From a virus (taxonomy: Duplodnaviria; Caudoviricetes), in IMG/VR virus record IMGVR_UViG_3300048783_000012, positions 1 to 28,765 of that record: a stretch of DNA of 28,765 nt; one strand, 5' to 3'. Below are positions 16,168-24,085 of this stretch, in pieces. The position numbers and the translations under genes are program-made. The notes beneath the pieces are model-generated. The model made no database searches. It saw nothing but the letters and a program-made list of their open reading frames with translations, and was not told the DNA's origin. Each line of letters opens with the position of its first letter. The first letter of the stretch is position 1.

Positions 16168-16730
16168 GCGAGTTCCTCGACGTCGGCCTCGGTGATACCC
16201 GATAGCTCGGCGGCCTTGTCGTAAATCTTGGACATTTCGCCGGCGTCGACGGCGCCGAGTTCGGCGATCTGCTCGTCGCTGAACGCGCGCACCGCCTCGC
16301 CGTTTAGCTCGAAATGGAGCGGGTCGACGATCGCGAGCGCGCACAGCTTCGCGCGAATGTTCGACGTCGAGATCGTGCGCTCTTTGCCGCGCATCTTGAC
16401 GAGCGACGTCTCGAACTCGTCGCGCTCGCTCGCCGAGAGCGCCCGCACGAGCACTTTGCCGCCGAGGTGCGGCACGAGTACCCACTCGGTGCGCGTCGGC
16501 CGGCGGCGCACGATCTCGGCGGCGCCGAGCGGTTTTGCATCGGCGAGTGCGCGCTCGTGCGCCGCGCGCTTCCGCGCGGCCTCGTCGAGCGGTGCGGCCT
16601 TGGCGCCGGCGGGCGGTGGCGTCGGTGACGGCGCGTGCGCGGCGATCGTCGCCTCGAATCCGTCGCGCGCGGCGGCGTTGAGGTTCGGCGCGGGAATGTC
16701 GTTCGGCTTCGTCGTGTCGGTCGCGTCCAT
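16122..16730 (-). CDS. Tail assembly chaperone (gpG-like), 202 aa
   Basis: Start re-called to ATG 16730. TEWVLVPHLGGKVLVRALSASERDEFE...LSGITEADVEELAGN is a typical chaperone pattern. Confidence 0.85.
   Translation of the reverse strand: MDATDTTKPNDIPAPNLNAAARDGFEATIAAHAPSPTPPPAGAKAAPLDEAARKRAAHERALADAKPLGAAEIVRRRPTRTEWVLVPHLGGKVLVRALSASERDEFETSLVKMRGKERTISTSNIRAKLCALAIVDPLHFELNGEAVRAFSDEQIAELGAVDAGEMSKIYDKAAELSGITEADVEELAGNSNSAASAGSSSK
16161..16167 (-). other. Programmed -1 ribosomal frameshift site G GGA AAC
   Basis: X XXY YYZ heptamer in the correct phase near the chaperone 3' end, as in lambda G/GT (GGGAAAG). Confidence 0.85.
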
Positions 16731-16763
16731 GATGGTCGAGGGTCGAAAGTGTGGGTTGACGGG

Positions 16764-16792
16764 TCGCCGGTGCCCCACACGAACACCGGCGA
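16764..16792 (-). other. mRNA hairpin downstream of major tail gene
   Basis: TCGCCGGTG/CACCGGCGA stem, extended by G:U pairs only on the minus-strand RNA; no U-tract. Confidence 0.55.
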
Positions 16793-16840
16793 TTCACGAG
16801 ACAGGCCGCCCGACCGGCCCTTGCGCCAGAGCGAGCGCCG

Positions 16841-17266
16841 CTAGACGAACAGCCACCCCGCGCCGATCGCCGTGCGCGGCCCGGTGGCGACGCAGTCGAT
16901 CGCGACGGCCTGGAATGCCTTGGGGTTGCCGTCCGTTTTGATCGTCGAAACGGAACACTGCTGCTTGAACCCGTTTGTGCCGTCGGCGAGGACTTGAATC
17001 ATCACGTCGGTGCGCAGGTTTTCCGCGGTCGCGATGATCTGCATACCCGGGTCCGCGAGCGTGACGAACCCCGACACGGAGAACGATTGCTCGGCGATCT
17101 GCTCGGCGCGGAGTGCGACCGTCTTGCCGAATACGGGCTCGGTCGTCACGGGATGCGACGACGAGGCCGAATAGTTGTTCATGTTCTCGATGGTGACGAA
17201 CACCGTCGGCGTCGCAATCGCGGCGACTTTGACGAGGACGTCGGCACCGAATAGCGGTTGAGTCAT
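16841..17266 (-). CDS. Major tail (tube) protein, 141 aa
   Basis: Position before the chaperone; beta-rich FGADVLVKV...FSVSGFV...DPGMQII...ATGP pattern. Confidence 0.8.
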   Translation of the reverse strand: MTQPLFGADVLVKVAAIATPTVFVTIENMNNYSASSSHPVTTEPVFGKTVALRAEQIAEQSFSVSGFVTLADPGMQIIATAENLRTDVMIQVLADGTNGFKQQCSVSTIKTDGNPKAFQAVAIDCVATGPRTAIGAGWLFV

Positions 17267-17294
17267 CGGGGCGGAACTCCGGTCGGTTTGGAGT

Positions 17295-17349
17295 CGCGCG
17301 CCGCCCGTGTGCTAGTCCGCATGACTAGCCGAGCATCGGGCGGCGCGCG
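17295..17349 (-). other. Two-stem intergenic hairpin upstream of major tail gene
   Basis: 13-bp perfect outer stem CGCGCGCCGCCCG/CGGGCGGCGCGCG and 7-bp inner stem GCTAGTC/GACTAGC. Confidence 0.7.
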
Positions 17350-17369
17350 CTGGCGAATGCTTCGCCGTG

Positions 17370-17804
17370 TTACTTCGCGGGAGTGCCGGCCGTGCCGGGT
17401 CGTGTTGCCTGCTGCAATGTACTACCGGCGGGCGCCGACGGCGAACCGACCGGAGTTCCGCCCGACGACGCGCCCTCGATCGAGCGCGTGACGCGCACGG
17501 CCTCGCCCGGGTTGGCGGCGCCCTCGACGACTTCCTCGCCGGCGCCGACACCGAACGGACGGCCCTCGCGATGCGCGCGCACGATCTCCGGCAGGGACGA
17601 ATAGCTTCCCGTGCTCGCGTCGCCGCCAGCGCTCGCCGCCGGGATCCCGGCGCCCGCTATCGCCGCCGTGTCGGCGCTTCCCGCCGGCGTCACGGTCGAC
17701 GAACCGGCCGTGCCGGCGCTCGCCGGTGCGCCCGTGCCGCTCGTGCCGGTGCCGCTCGTGCCCGCGGCGCTTCCGCCGCTCGTGCTGCCTGCTGACGTGC
17801 CCAT
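17370..17804 (-). CDS. Low-complexity Gly/Ser/Thr/Ala-rich protein, 144 aa
   Basis: ccGAGGTtcgcactATG start; GTSG repeats flank a short ordered core SLPEIVRAHREGRPFGVG. Confidence 0.65.
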   Translation of the reverse strand: MGTSAGSTSGGSAAGTSGTGTSGTGAPASAGTAGSSTVTPAGSADTAAIAGAGIPAASAGGDASTGSYSSLPEIVRAHREGRPFGVGAGEEVVEGAANPGEAVRVTRSIEGASSGGTPVGSPSAPAGSTLQQATRPGTAGTPAK

Positions 17805-17819
17805 AGTGCGAACCTCGGT

Positions 17820-18182
17820 CTAGGGTGATGGTGTTGCGGTGGTGGTGGATTCTTCCACGGAATCGGCCGTGACCGCGTCGACGGCGACGATCCCGCGCCC
17901 CGTCGGCGGCGGTGGCGCGTTCGGATCGCGCGGCCCGCCGAACACCGGCGGGAATAGCGCCTCGCGCGCCTTGGTCGCGGCCTCGTCGTCGCGCGCCGCC
18001 TCGGCGCCCGCCTCGCGCGCGTGCGCGTCCGCGGCGAGTTCGCCGGCGAGCTTCACGGCGCTGTCGAGCGATCCGCGAATCGCCGTGACGAACGGATGTT
18101 GACCGCCGATGCCCATCTCGAACAGCGTGCGCGCGCTTTGGAGTTGCAAGGCCAGCGCGTCGGCCACCGCGGACGTTTTCAC
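17820..18182 (-). CDS. Hypothetical protein, 120 aa
   Basis: Start re-called to GTG 18182 (GTGA overlap); helical N-terminus and Pro-rich tail. Confidence 0.6.
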   Translation of the reverse strand: MKTSAVADALALQLQSARTLFEMGIGGQHPFVTAIRGSLDSAVKLAGELAADAHAREAGAEAARDDEAATKAREALFPPVFGGPRDPNAPPPPTGRGIVAVDAVTADSVEESTTTATPSP

Positions 18183-18661
18183 GACGAGGCGCGTTGAAAG
18201 GTGATGATGTTGACGAGTCGGCCGACGCCGTGCGACACGTCGCCCGACGGATCCGGTATCACGGTCACGATCTCGAAATCGCCGACCACGGTGCGGAGCG
18301 GCGCGCCCGCGTCGTCGACGAGGTCGAGCGGCCGCCGATGCAAGAGCACGACGAGGCGCGCGAGAATGCGGAGCGCCGAGCGCTTCGATGTGTCGCGCGT
18401 CCACGCGTGCAGCGTCACGCCGTTATCGCGCGCGTGCCCGCCGAACGGCGTCGCCGGCGACTCGGTCTCGGTCGAGTCGCCTAACACGATGTAGTCGAGC
18501 GCCGCGCCCGGGCCGGCCACGTTGGACCACACCGGCGGATTGCCGAGGAGCGGGCCCGCGGGATCACGCAATCCGCCGATGCCGGTGTCGCCCTCGATCG
18601 CCGCGGCGATGGCCTTGTCGAGCGGCCACGCAAAGGATTGTGCCGGATTCGTCGGGCTCAC
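18179..18661 (-). CDS. Tail terminator/completion protein (DUF3168/SPP1 gp17-like), 160 aa
   Basis: DYIVLGDSTE...VTLHAWTR...PDPSGDVSHGV motifs; position after the gp10-like gene. Confidence 0.8.
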   Translation of the reverse strand: MSPTNPAQSFAWPLDKAIAAAIEGDTGIGGLRDPAGPLLGNPPVWSNVAGPGAALDYIVLGDSTETESPATPFGGHARDNGVTLHAWTRDTSKRSALRILARLVVLLHRRPLDLVDDAGAPLRTVVGDFEIVTVIPDPSGDVSHGVGRLVNIITFQRASS

Positions 18662-19090
18662 CTATTCACCCCCTCGGCGACGTTCGATCGCGTCGCGCAC
18701 GAGGCGCGACACCTCGGCCTGTAGGTGCGGCTTTTCCTCGACATACGCGTTATAGAGTGCCGGATTCGCCGACATTTTCACCGTGCCGAATTCTTGGAAA
18801 ATCGGATAGAACGGCAACCCCGCGGCCGTGAAATCCGCCTCGCGCCATCCCACTTCCACCGTGAGCCCCTCGGGCGGAATGAAAACCTCGACGTGCTCTT
18901 GCATGAAATGCGTGTCCACGCGCACGGTTGCTTTCGTGCGCTCTTGGATCCGCGCGCCCGACTCGGCGACCGCCTGGCGCGCGCCTGCTTTCGTCTCGGG
19001 ATAGATCGAGTACACGCGCGCGATCGTCGCCGCGATGTTGCGGTAACTGAGTTGCAACTCGACGCCGTTCGTTGAGCCCTGGCGCGCCAT
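18662..19090 (-). CDS. HK97 gp10-like tail component, 142 aa
   Basis: KATVRVDTHFM...FYPIFQEFGTVKMSANPALYNA motif. Confidence 0.9.
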   Translation of the reverse strand: MARQGSTNGVELQLSYRNIAATIARVYSIYPETKAGARQAVAESGARIQERTKATVRVDTHFMQEHVEVFIPPEGLTVEVGWREADFTAAGLPFYPIFQEFGTVKMSANPALYNAYVEEKPHLQAEVSRLVRDAIERRRGGE

Positions 19091-19101
19091 CTATCGCGCC
19101 C

Positions 19102-19536
19102 TCACCGACGACCCGGGCCGGCATCTTCGCACACGTACACGCGCGCCGCCGAGACGGTGCGCGGCGTGTGCTCGCCGAGCACGACGACGACGCGCGTCCA
19201 TGCGCCGCCGGCGGCGTCGACGCCGGAGATCGTGAGCCGATACCCGGGCCCGACGGCCGGCGCACAGTAGTCGAACCGCACACGCCACCGGTTGAGCGCG
19301 ACCGATTGCGACGCCTCGGTCGGCACCTGGCCGCCGACAAGCGGCGAGATCGCGCACTCGACGTTCGTGCCGTTCGGGACGCCGGTCCATGCGGGCGCGC
19401 CCGTGTTCGCGCCACCGCCCGCCGTCGACCCGGTCGTCGGGCGCTCGATCGTCGCGAACGACGTGAGCGTCGGCCGGAGCACGGCCCGCGCCGCGGCGAG
19501 TGCGTCGTCGGACAGGTACGGGTTAGCGCGAGACAT
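19102..19536 (-). CDS. Head closure / head-tail joining protein, 144 aa
   Basis: Start re-called to ATG 19536; FATIERPT...NVECAISP...WRVRF beta pattern; position after the adaptor. Confidence 0.7.
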   Translation of the reverse strand: MSRANPYLSDDALAAARAVLRPTLTSFATIERPTTGSTAGGGANTGAPAWTGVPNGTNVECAISPLVGGQVPTEASQSVALNRWRVRFDYCAPAVGPGYRLTISGVDAAGGAWTRVVVVLGEHTPRTVSAARVYVCEDAGPGRR

Positions 19537-19550
19537 CGTCGGCGCGGCCG

Positions 19551-19958
19551 CTAGAAGCTGTACGAATTGGGGAGCGCCACCGTGCCGGGATCCGCCGCCG
19601 TGCTGGCGTCGCCCGTGGCGATCGCCGCGTTCCACTCGGCGAGCCAGTTGTCGCGCTCGACCTTGAACGTCCGAATCTGCTCGGCCGTTATGGTCGTCTG
19701 AAATTCGCCCTCGACGCGCACCGTCGACGGATCGCGCGAGAGCCGGAGCGCGATGTTGCGATACGCGCGGTGATAGCTCCACGCGGTAACGGCGAGCGAG
19801 GCCGCGACCGGATCCGCGGCGATCGCCGCCGGCAGTCGCGCGACGCCGTCGGCGATGTACGCGCCGAGCAACGCGTCGACGTCCTCTTGTGGCTTCCCGG
19901 GGAAGTACGCGAGCGAGAGGTCGCCGGCCGGTTCGAGCAACGTGGCGGAAGTAATCAC
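19551..19958 (-). CDS. Head-tail adaptor, 135 aa
   Basis: Helical, first gene after the major capsid; GAGG RBS. Confidence 0.65.
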   Translation of the reverse strand: MITSATLLEPAGDLSLAYFPGKPQEDVDALLGAYIADGVARLPAAIAADPVAASLAVTAWSYHRAYRNIALRLSRDPSTVRVEGEFQTTITAEQIRTFKVERDNWLAEWNAAIATGDASTAADPGTVALPNSYSF

Positions 19959-20009
19959 GAGCGGCGCCTCTGTGTGTGCGTCGGTGTAGGGTGAAACGGG
20001 ACAGGGTGC

Positions 20010-20063
20010 AACGACGATGCGCGCGCCGCCCTCGGCGTGAGGAGCGACGCGCGCACCGTTGTC
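20010..20063 (-). terminator. Long hairpin after major capsid gene (stabiliser/terminator/processing site)
   Basis: About 23 paired positions including several G:U pairs that form only in the minus-strand RNA; no U-tract. Confidence 0.55.
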
Positions 20064-20084
20064 ATCGAATCGAGCGCCGCGGCC

Positions 20085-21203
20085 TTACTGCGCCGGGATG
20101 GACGGAATCGTGATGACGCCGATCAGTTCGGGCTCTTGGATGACGGGAAGCGACGTCTGCCATCCCTGACCCTGCACGCGAGGCGGCTTGTCGTTCTTCG
20201 CCTCGACGAGGATGAAGCGACCCGGCGCCGGACGGCCGACACCGCGGCCGATCGCCTGGTAGCCGAGCGTGCCCTCGACGGTGCGATACTGCCCGTCGCC
20301 GAGGTCGATCCGCTCCTCGTTGTCGCTCGTGCCGATGAACACCATCGCGTTGCGCGGGAGGAAGAACCCCGAGCCGGTTTGCGTGCGATACTGAAGATCG
20401 TATTGCGTGAACGGCGGCAACCCGTCGCGGCCCATTGCCGCGTTGAGTTGGTCGAGCGACGCGCGGCCCGCGACGCTTTGGATCTGGCCGCCGGTCGACA
20501 CCGTGACGACGCCGGCGCGCGTCTGGACGGTCGTATTGGAGCCGAGCACCGAGAGGAGCCGGCGGCCCGCGACGATCTCGCGCACCGTGACGCCACGCGC
20601 GGCCATCGCGTCGACCATGGGGAAGATGTCGAGCACGAACGGGTTGATGGCGTTGTCGGTCCAATCGCCGCCGACGCGCACGAGTTCGGGGAACTTCGGA
20701 TAGTTGATGTCTTCCGTGTACCCGTTGTCCCCGGTGATGGTGACTTTCTTGCCGACCATCGCTTCCCATCGCTGCTTCTCGTTGAGTTCGACCATGGGCA
20801 GATTGATACCCGCGTCGACCCACCGATTGATTTGCGCTTGCGCCGCCGCGACGGCCTGCTGCTCGCTCCCGGTGAGGGAGGTGATGTACTGAATCAGCGC
20901 GTCGTACTCGACGCCGGTGAAGTCGTCGGCGATGTCGTTGTCGGCGAGGATGACGTCGAAATGCCCGATCAGCTTGCCGTTCTTTTTCTGCGCCGGCGAG
21001 TAGCGGTCGCCATTGTTCGCGATGACGGTGCGATACGAGATCCGCGTCTCGCGGAACATATTGCTCGTCACCGTGCGTTCCGGCAGATAGCGCGCGCCGA
21101 GGTATTGCCGCGTCGCCGTGCCGAACTGCGCGAGCGGGTTCGTCGTGATCCGATTCAGCGTGCCATCGGTCGCGAGCGTGTCGAGGAGTGATGCGATCTC
21201 CAT
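20085..21203 (-). CDS. Major capsid protein (lambda E-like family), 372 aa
   Basis: YLGARYLPER...RYSP...EKQRWEAM...GWQTSLPVIQEPE pattern; follows scaffold and decoration genes. Confidence 0.9.
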   Translation of the reverse strand: MEIASLLDTLATDGTLNRITTNPLAQFGTATRQYLGARYLPERTVTSNMFRETRISYRTVIANNGDRYSPAQKKNGKLIGHFDVILADNDIADDFTGVEYDALIQYITSLTGSEQQAVAAAQAQINRWVDAGINLPMVELNEKQRWEAMVGKKVTITGDNGYTEDINYPKFPELVRVGGDWTDNAINPFVLDIFPMVDAMAARGVTVREIVAGRRLLSVLGSNTTVQTRAGVVTVSTGGQIQSVAGRASLDQLNAAMGRDGLPPFTQYDLQYRTQTGSGFFLPRNAMVFIGTSDNEERIDLGDGQYRTVEGTLGYQAIGRGVGRPAPGRFILVEAKNDKPPRVQGQGWQTSLPVIQEPELIGVITIPSIPAQ

Positions 21204-21204
21204 G

Positions 21205-21831
21205 TTACGGCGCCCCCACGGTGCAAAGGTACTTGGTGCGGAGTGCCGCTTTGATGGTCGCCGAGAGCGTCGAGAAGTTCGGGAGAAAATTCTCCTTCAC
21301 CACGACGCCGGCGCCGGGCCGCACGAGCGCGACGTCATTGACGCGGTTGACGTTGGGATTCTCGAATGCGACGATGAAAATCTCCTCGTCGGTATCGAGC
21401 GCGAGGTGCAGCGACGTGCCGGCGTTGCGCTGCGCGAACGTGCGGCCGACGATGGTGCCGGACGGCACCACGGCGTGCGCGTTCGCGTCCGTGACGGCCG
21501 CCGATGCGTTCGGGATCGCGCGCGCGAGCGGGGTGACGACGATTGAGGTCGCCGCCGCGGCGGCGCCGTTCGGCGCATACGCCAACAGTCCCGGGTTGCC
21601 GAAATTGAGCACCGTTCCCGGGCGGATCGCCGCCGACAGCGCGGCGACGGTGAGTGCCACGGCACCCGCGGCGGCGGCGGCGGTGAGCGTCACCGTAACC
21701 GCGGAGTACGTCGGGTATTGCGTCGGGTCGACTTTCGCGCCACCGGGTAGAAGCTGGTCACGGCCGAGGAAATCCCCGCACCATGCCGGTTGAGCGATCG
21801 AGTAACCCGCGAGTGTTTGATCGCGAGACAT
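21205..21831 (-). CDS. Head decoration protein, 208 aa
   Basis: LLPGGAKVD...VPSGTIVGR...VVKENFLP; position between scaffold and capsid. Confidence 0.75.
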   Translation of the reverse strand: MSRDQTLAGYSIAQPAWCGDFLGRDQLLPGGAKVDPTQYPTYSAVTVTLTAAAAAGAVALTVAALSAAIRPGTVLNFGNPGLLAYAPNGAAAAATSIVVTPLARAIPNASAAVTDANAHAVVPSGTIVGRTFAQRNAGTSLHLALDTDEEIFIVAFENPNVNRVNDVALVRPGAGVVVKENFLPNFSTLSATIKAALRTKYLCTVGAP

Positions 21832-21863
21832 TCGGGCCGGTTCCTAGTTGGAAAGAGTGTCGG

Positions 21864-22721
21864 TCACTTCGCGGCCGTTCCCGCGGGAATATCCCCGGGA
21901 AAGACATATGTCTTGGCGCCGGGAATCGGCGCCGGGCCGCGCGGAGTGCCGTTGTTTCCGGCCGTGCCGGGCGTTCCTGACGTGCTTTGATCGGGGTACG
22001 TCGTGCCCTTCGGCGGGGCGGGCGGCGCGGCGGGCGTCCCGTCGGCCTTGGCGGTGAGCGCCGGCAGATACGTCGCCAGCGCCGTTTTCGCGAACTCGGC
22101 AAGCTTCGCCGGCTTCGCGGCCGCGTCGCTCGCGACCTTCACCATCGGAACCCGAACGGCCTTGCCGTCGACGGTTTCCTCGGCGAACGACAGTTCGAGC
22201 CCGCGATCGCGCACCACGTCGCGAAGTGCCGCGGCGTTGAACCCGACGAGCGGTGCGGCCTCGTCGGCAATCTTCGCGCGATCGTCGGCCGCGATCCTGG
22301 CCGACAGCGTGCCGTGTTCGTCGACCTTCTGTTTCACGGCCTCGGGCGTCCCGAGTGCCTTGTAGGCATTGAACGCCGCCGCGTCGGTGGCGCTCAATAC
22401 GATCTCGCCCTCTTTCGGCAACCTTGCGCGAAGTTGCCGGCGCTCCTCGCGTCCCTCTTTCTGCTCGTCGAGCACGAACGCGAGTGCTTCCTCGGCCTGG
22501 CCGCGGAACCGTTTCACGAGATTTCTGGCCGCCTTGCGGCCCTCGGCGGTCGCTTCCTCGGCCTCGCCGTCACCGGCGCCCGGCTCGGATCCGCCGCCAC
22601 CCGCGCCGCCGGCTCCACCGCCGGGCCCCTCGCGGAGCGCGAACGGCAACGCCGTGAGCCACGTTGGCACCTGGCGAGAGTCGTCGAACGGAAGGCGGAT
22701 CATGCGACCACGTTGGCGCAT
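21864..22721 (-). CDS. Scaffolding protein, 285 aa
   Basis: ccGAGGTttccgaATG start; Gly-rich N-terminus, coiled coil, Pro-rich tail; position before decoration and capsid. Confidence 0.75.
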   Translation of the reverse strand: MRQRGRMIRLPFDDSRQVPTWLTALPFALREGPGGGAGGAGGGGSEPGAGDGEAEEATAEGRKAARNLVKRFRGQAEEALAFVLDEQKEGREERRQLRARLPKEGEIVLSATDAAAFNAYKALGTPEAVKQKVDEHGTLSARIAADDRAKIADEAAPLVGFNAAALRDVVRDRGLELSFAEETVDGKAVRVPMVKVASDAAAKPAKLAEFAKTALATYLPALTAKADGTPAAPPAPPKGTTYPDQSTSGTPGTAGNNGTPRGPAPIPGAKTYVFPGDIPAGTAAK

Positions 22722-22885
22722 TCGGAAACCTCGGGCTCGGTGTGTGGGCGAGATTCGAGGCGGGCCCGTCGGCCCGCGTCTGTGCGGTCATATTTACCGC
22801 TTGCCCCTCAGGTGCGCAAGAATTAGACGAGCGCGGGCGCCGGCCGGGCATAATGCCGGAATATCCGACCCCCGAATCGACCCCC

Positions 22886-22913
22886 TTGACACTAGGGCCA
22901 ACGGCCCTACATT
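22886..22913 (+). promoter_or_regulatory. Promoter/operator cassette copy 6 (plus strand, inside head operon)
   Basis: cccTTGACA(22886-22891)-16 nt-TACATT(22908-22913). Dyad TAGGGCC-AAC-GGCCCTA at 22893-22909; leader hairpin at 22923-22937. Confidence 0.85.
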
Positions 22914-22960
22914 CACAGTCAAGCGGCACGACGCCGCGCCACCCGAGACGAGATAGAGAA

Positions 22961-23194
22961 ATGACCGCAACGGATAAGCTGGCGATGATCGAGACCGCGA
23001 TCGCCGAGGGCCGCACGGTGTACCTCGTCACCGCGACGCGCGCGACGAAGATCACGCCGCGCACGTTCCGCGCATGGCTCGCCGCCGGCCGCCCGGTCGT
23101 CAAACTCAACGCCGCGGGCTCGTCGCTCCTGCTCGCCGCCGGCCGCCACTACGTGTGCGCCGACTACGTCTCGATCCGCGTCGAGGGCCGGTAA
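22961..23194 (+). CDS. Moron gene 1, hypothetical protein, 77 aa
   Basis: Start re-called to ATG 22961 after cassette 6 and a purine-rich RBS; MTATDKLAMIETAIAEGRTVYLVTATRATKITPRTFRAW... Confidence 0.75.
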   Translation: MTATDKLAMIETAIAEGRTVYLVTATRATKITPRTFRAWLAAGRPVVKLNAAGSSLLLAAGRHYVCADYVSIRVEGR

Positions 23195-23195
23195 C

Positions 23196-23453
23196 ATGAA
23201 ATGGCGCGGCGAACTCTCGTGCGATGCTTTCATCGTCGGCGATTTGCGGTCGCCCAACGGCATGAATCAGAATACGCCGTGCAAGTTTCGGCCGACGTTG
23301 CTCGTCACGTGGCACGATCGCGCCGGCGTCGAGCACTCGCGCCAGTGTTGCGGCGTGCACCGCCGGCGCTATCGGTTCGCCGAGTCTATCGTCGCACTCA
23401 CGCCGGAACTGATCGCGGCGATCCCTGACGAGGCGCCGGCGCCGATCCTCTAG
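23196..23453 (+). CDS. Moron gene 2, small Cys/His-containing protein, 85 aa
   Basis: ATG 1 nt after the previous TAA; C...C...CCGVH motif. Confidence 0.65.
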   Translation: MKWRGELSCDAFIVGDLRSPNGMNQNTPCKFRPTLLVTWHDRAGVEHSRQCCGVHRRRYRFAESIVALTPELIAAIPDEAPAPIL

Positions 23454-23473
23454 AGGATCTCGCCGGCCTCGTC
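23427..23473. repeat. Imperfect inverted repeat centred on shared CTAG stop codons
   Basis: Perfect 16-bp core GATCCTCTAGAGGATC (23444-23459) flanked by GCCGGCG/CGCCGGC and GACGAG/CTCGTC. Confidence 0.8.
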
Positions 23474-24085
23474 GCGGTACTCAATCCGGCATTTGCACCC
23501 GCCGCGGCACTTCCGCTCGCCTATTGGTTTGAGCGCGCCGACGGCCACCCACCCTCGCGCCGTCTCGGCCTCGCACGAGTTCGCGCCCGTGCAATGCTCG
23601 GCGCTCGGGTCCTCGACGTTGTGCTCTTGCACGGCGCCGAGTTCGAGCATTTCGTCGCGCTCGATCGCGTGATACAGCTTCCGGCCCGAGGCGGCATACG
23701 TGCTCGCGCGATAGAGGAACCCGCCGTCGAGCGTGAGGCCGTCGGCAATGTCGGCGGCGAACCGATCGAGGTACGCGTATTGATCGCGCACCGCGCGCCC
23801 GACGCGCCCGAAATCGGCCGGCGTCATCTGCGCCCACCCGCCGCGCGCGGCCGCGGCCGAATACAAATTCGCGTCCTTCACCGCCTCGCGCATCTGCACG
23901 AGCCACACGTCGAGCGAACCGCCGGCGCGGAGCGCTTCCGAGGCGGCGAGCATTTCGAGGCGCGTGCCGTCGATCGCCGTGTCGATCGCGCGTCGCACGG
24001 TCTCGCGCGGGACGAACCGGCCGCGCGCGTCGCGGTAGCGCTTCGCGCCGGCGTTCCACGTGAATAGCGAGCGTGCGACGGCCAC
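23450..24085 (-). CDS. MuF/phage minor capsid-like head morphogenesis protein, 211 aa
   Basis: RYRDARGRFV...QYAYLDRFAADI...AEHC...C...GWV...PIGERKCRGGCKCRIEY (C-terminal Cys motif of MuF-like proteins). Confidence 0.85.
   Translation of the reverse strand: MAVARSLFTWNAGAKRYRDARGRFVPRETVRRAIDTAIDGTRLEMLAASEALRAGGSLDVWLVQMREAVKDANLYSAAAARGGWAQMTPADFGRVGRAVRDQYAYLDRFAADIADGLTLDGGFLYRASTYAASGRKLYHAIERDEMLELGAVQEHNVEDPSAEHCTGANSCEAETARGWVAVGALKPIGERKCRGGCKCRIEYRDEAGEIL

Noticed and set aside
10981-16205. Very long plus-strand ORFs (10981-12894, 12891-16205; also 24517-26223)
   Set aside because: Arg-rich antisense shadows of the hub, tape measure and portal genes, expected at high GC where stop codons are rare.
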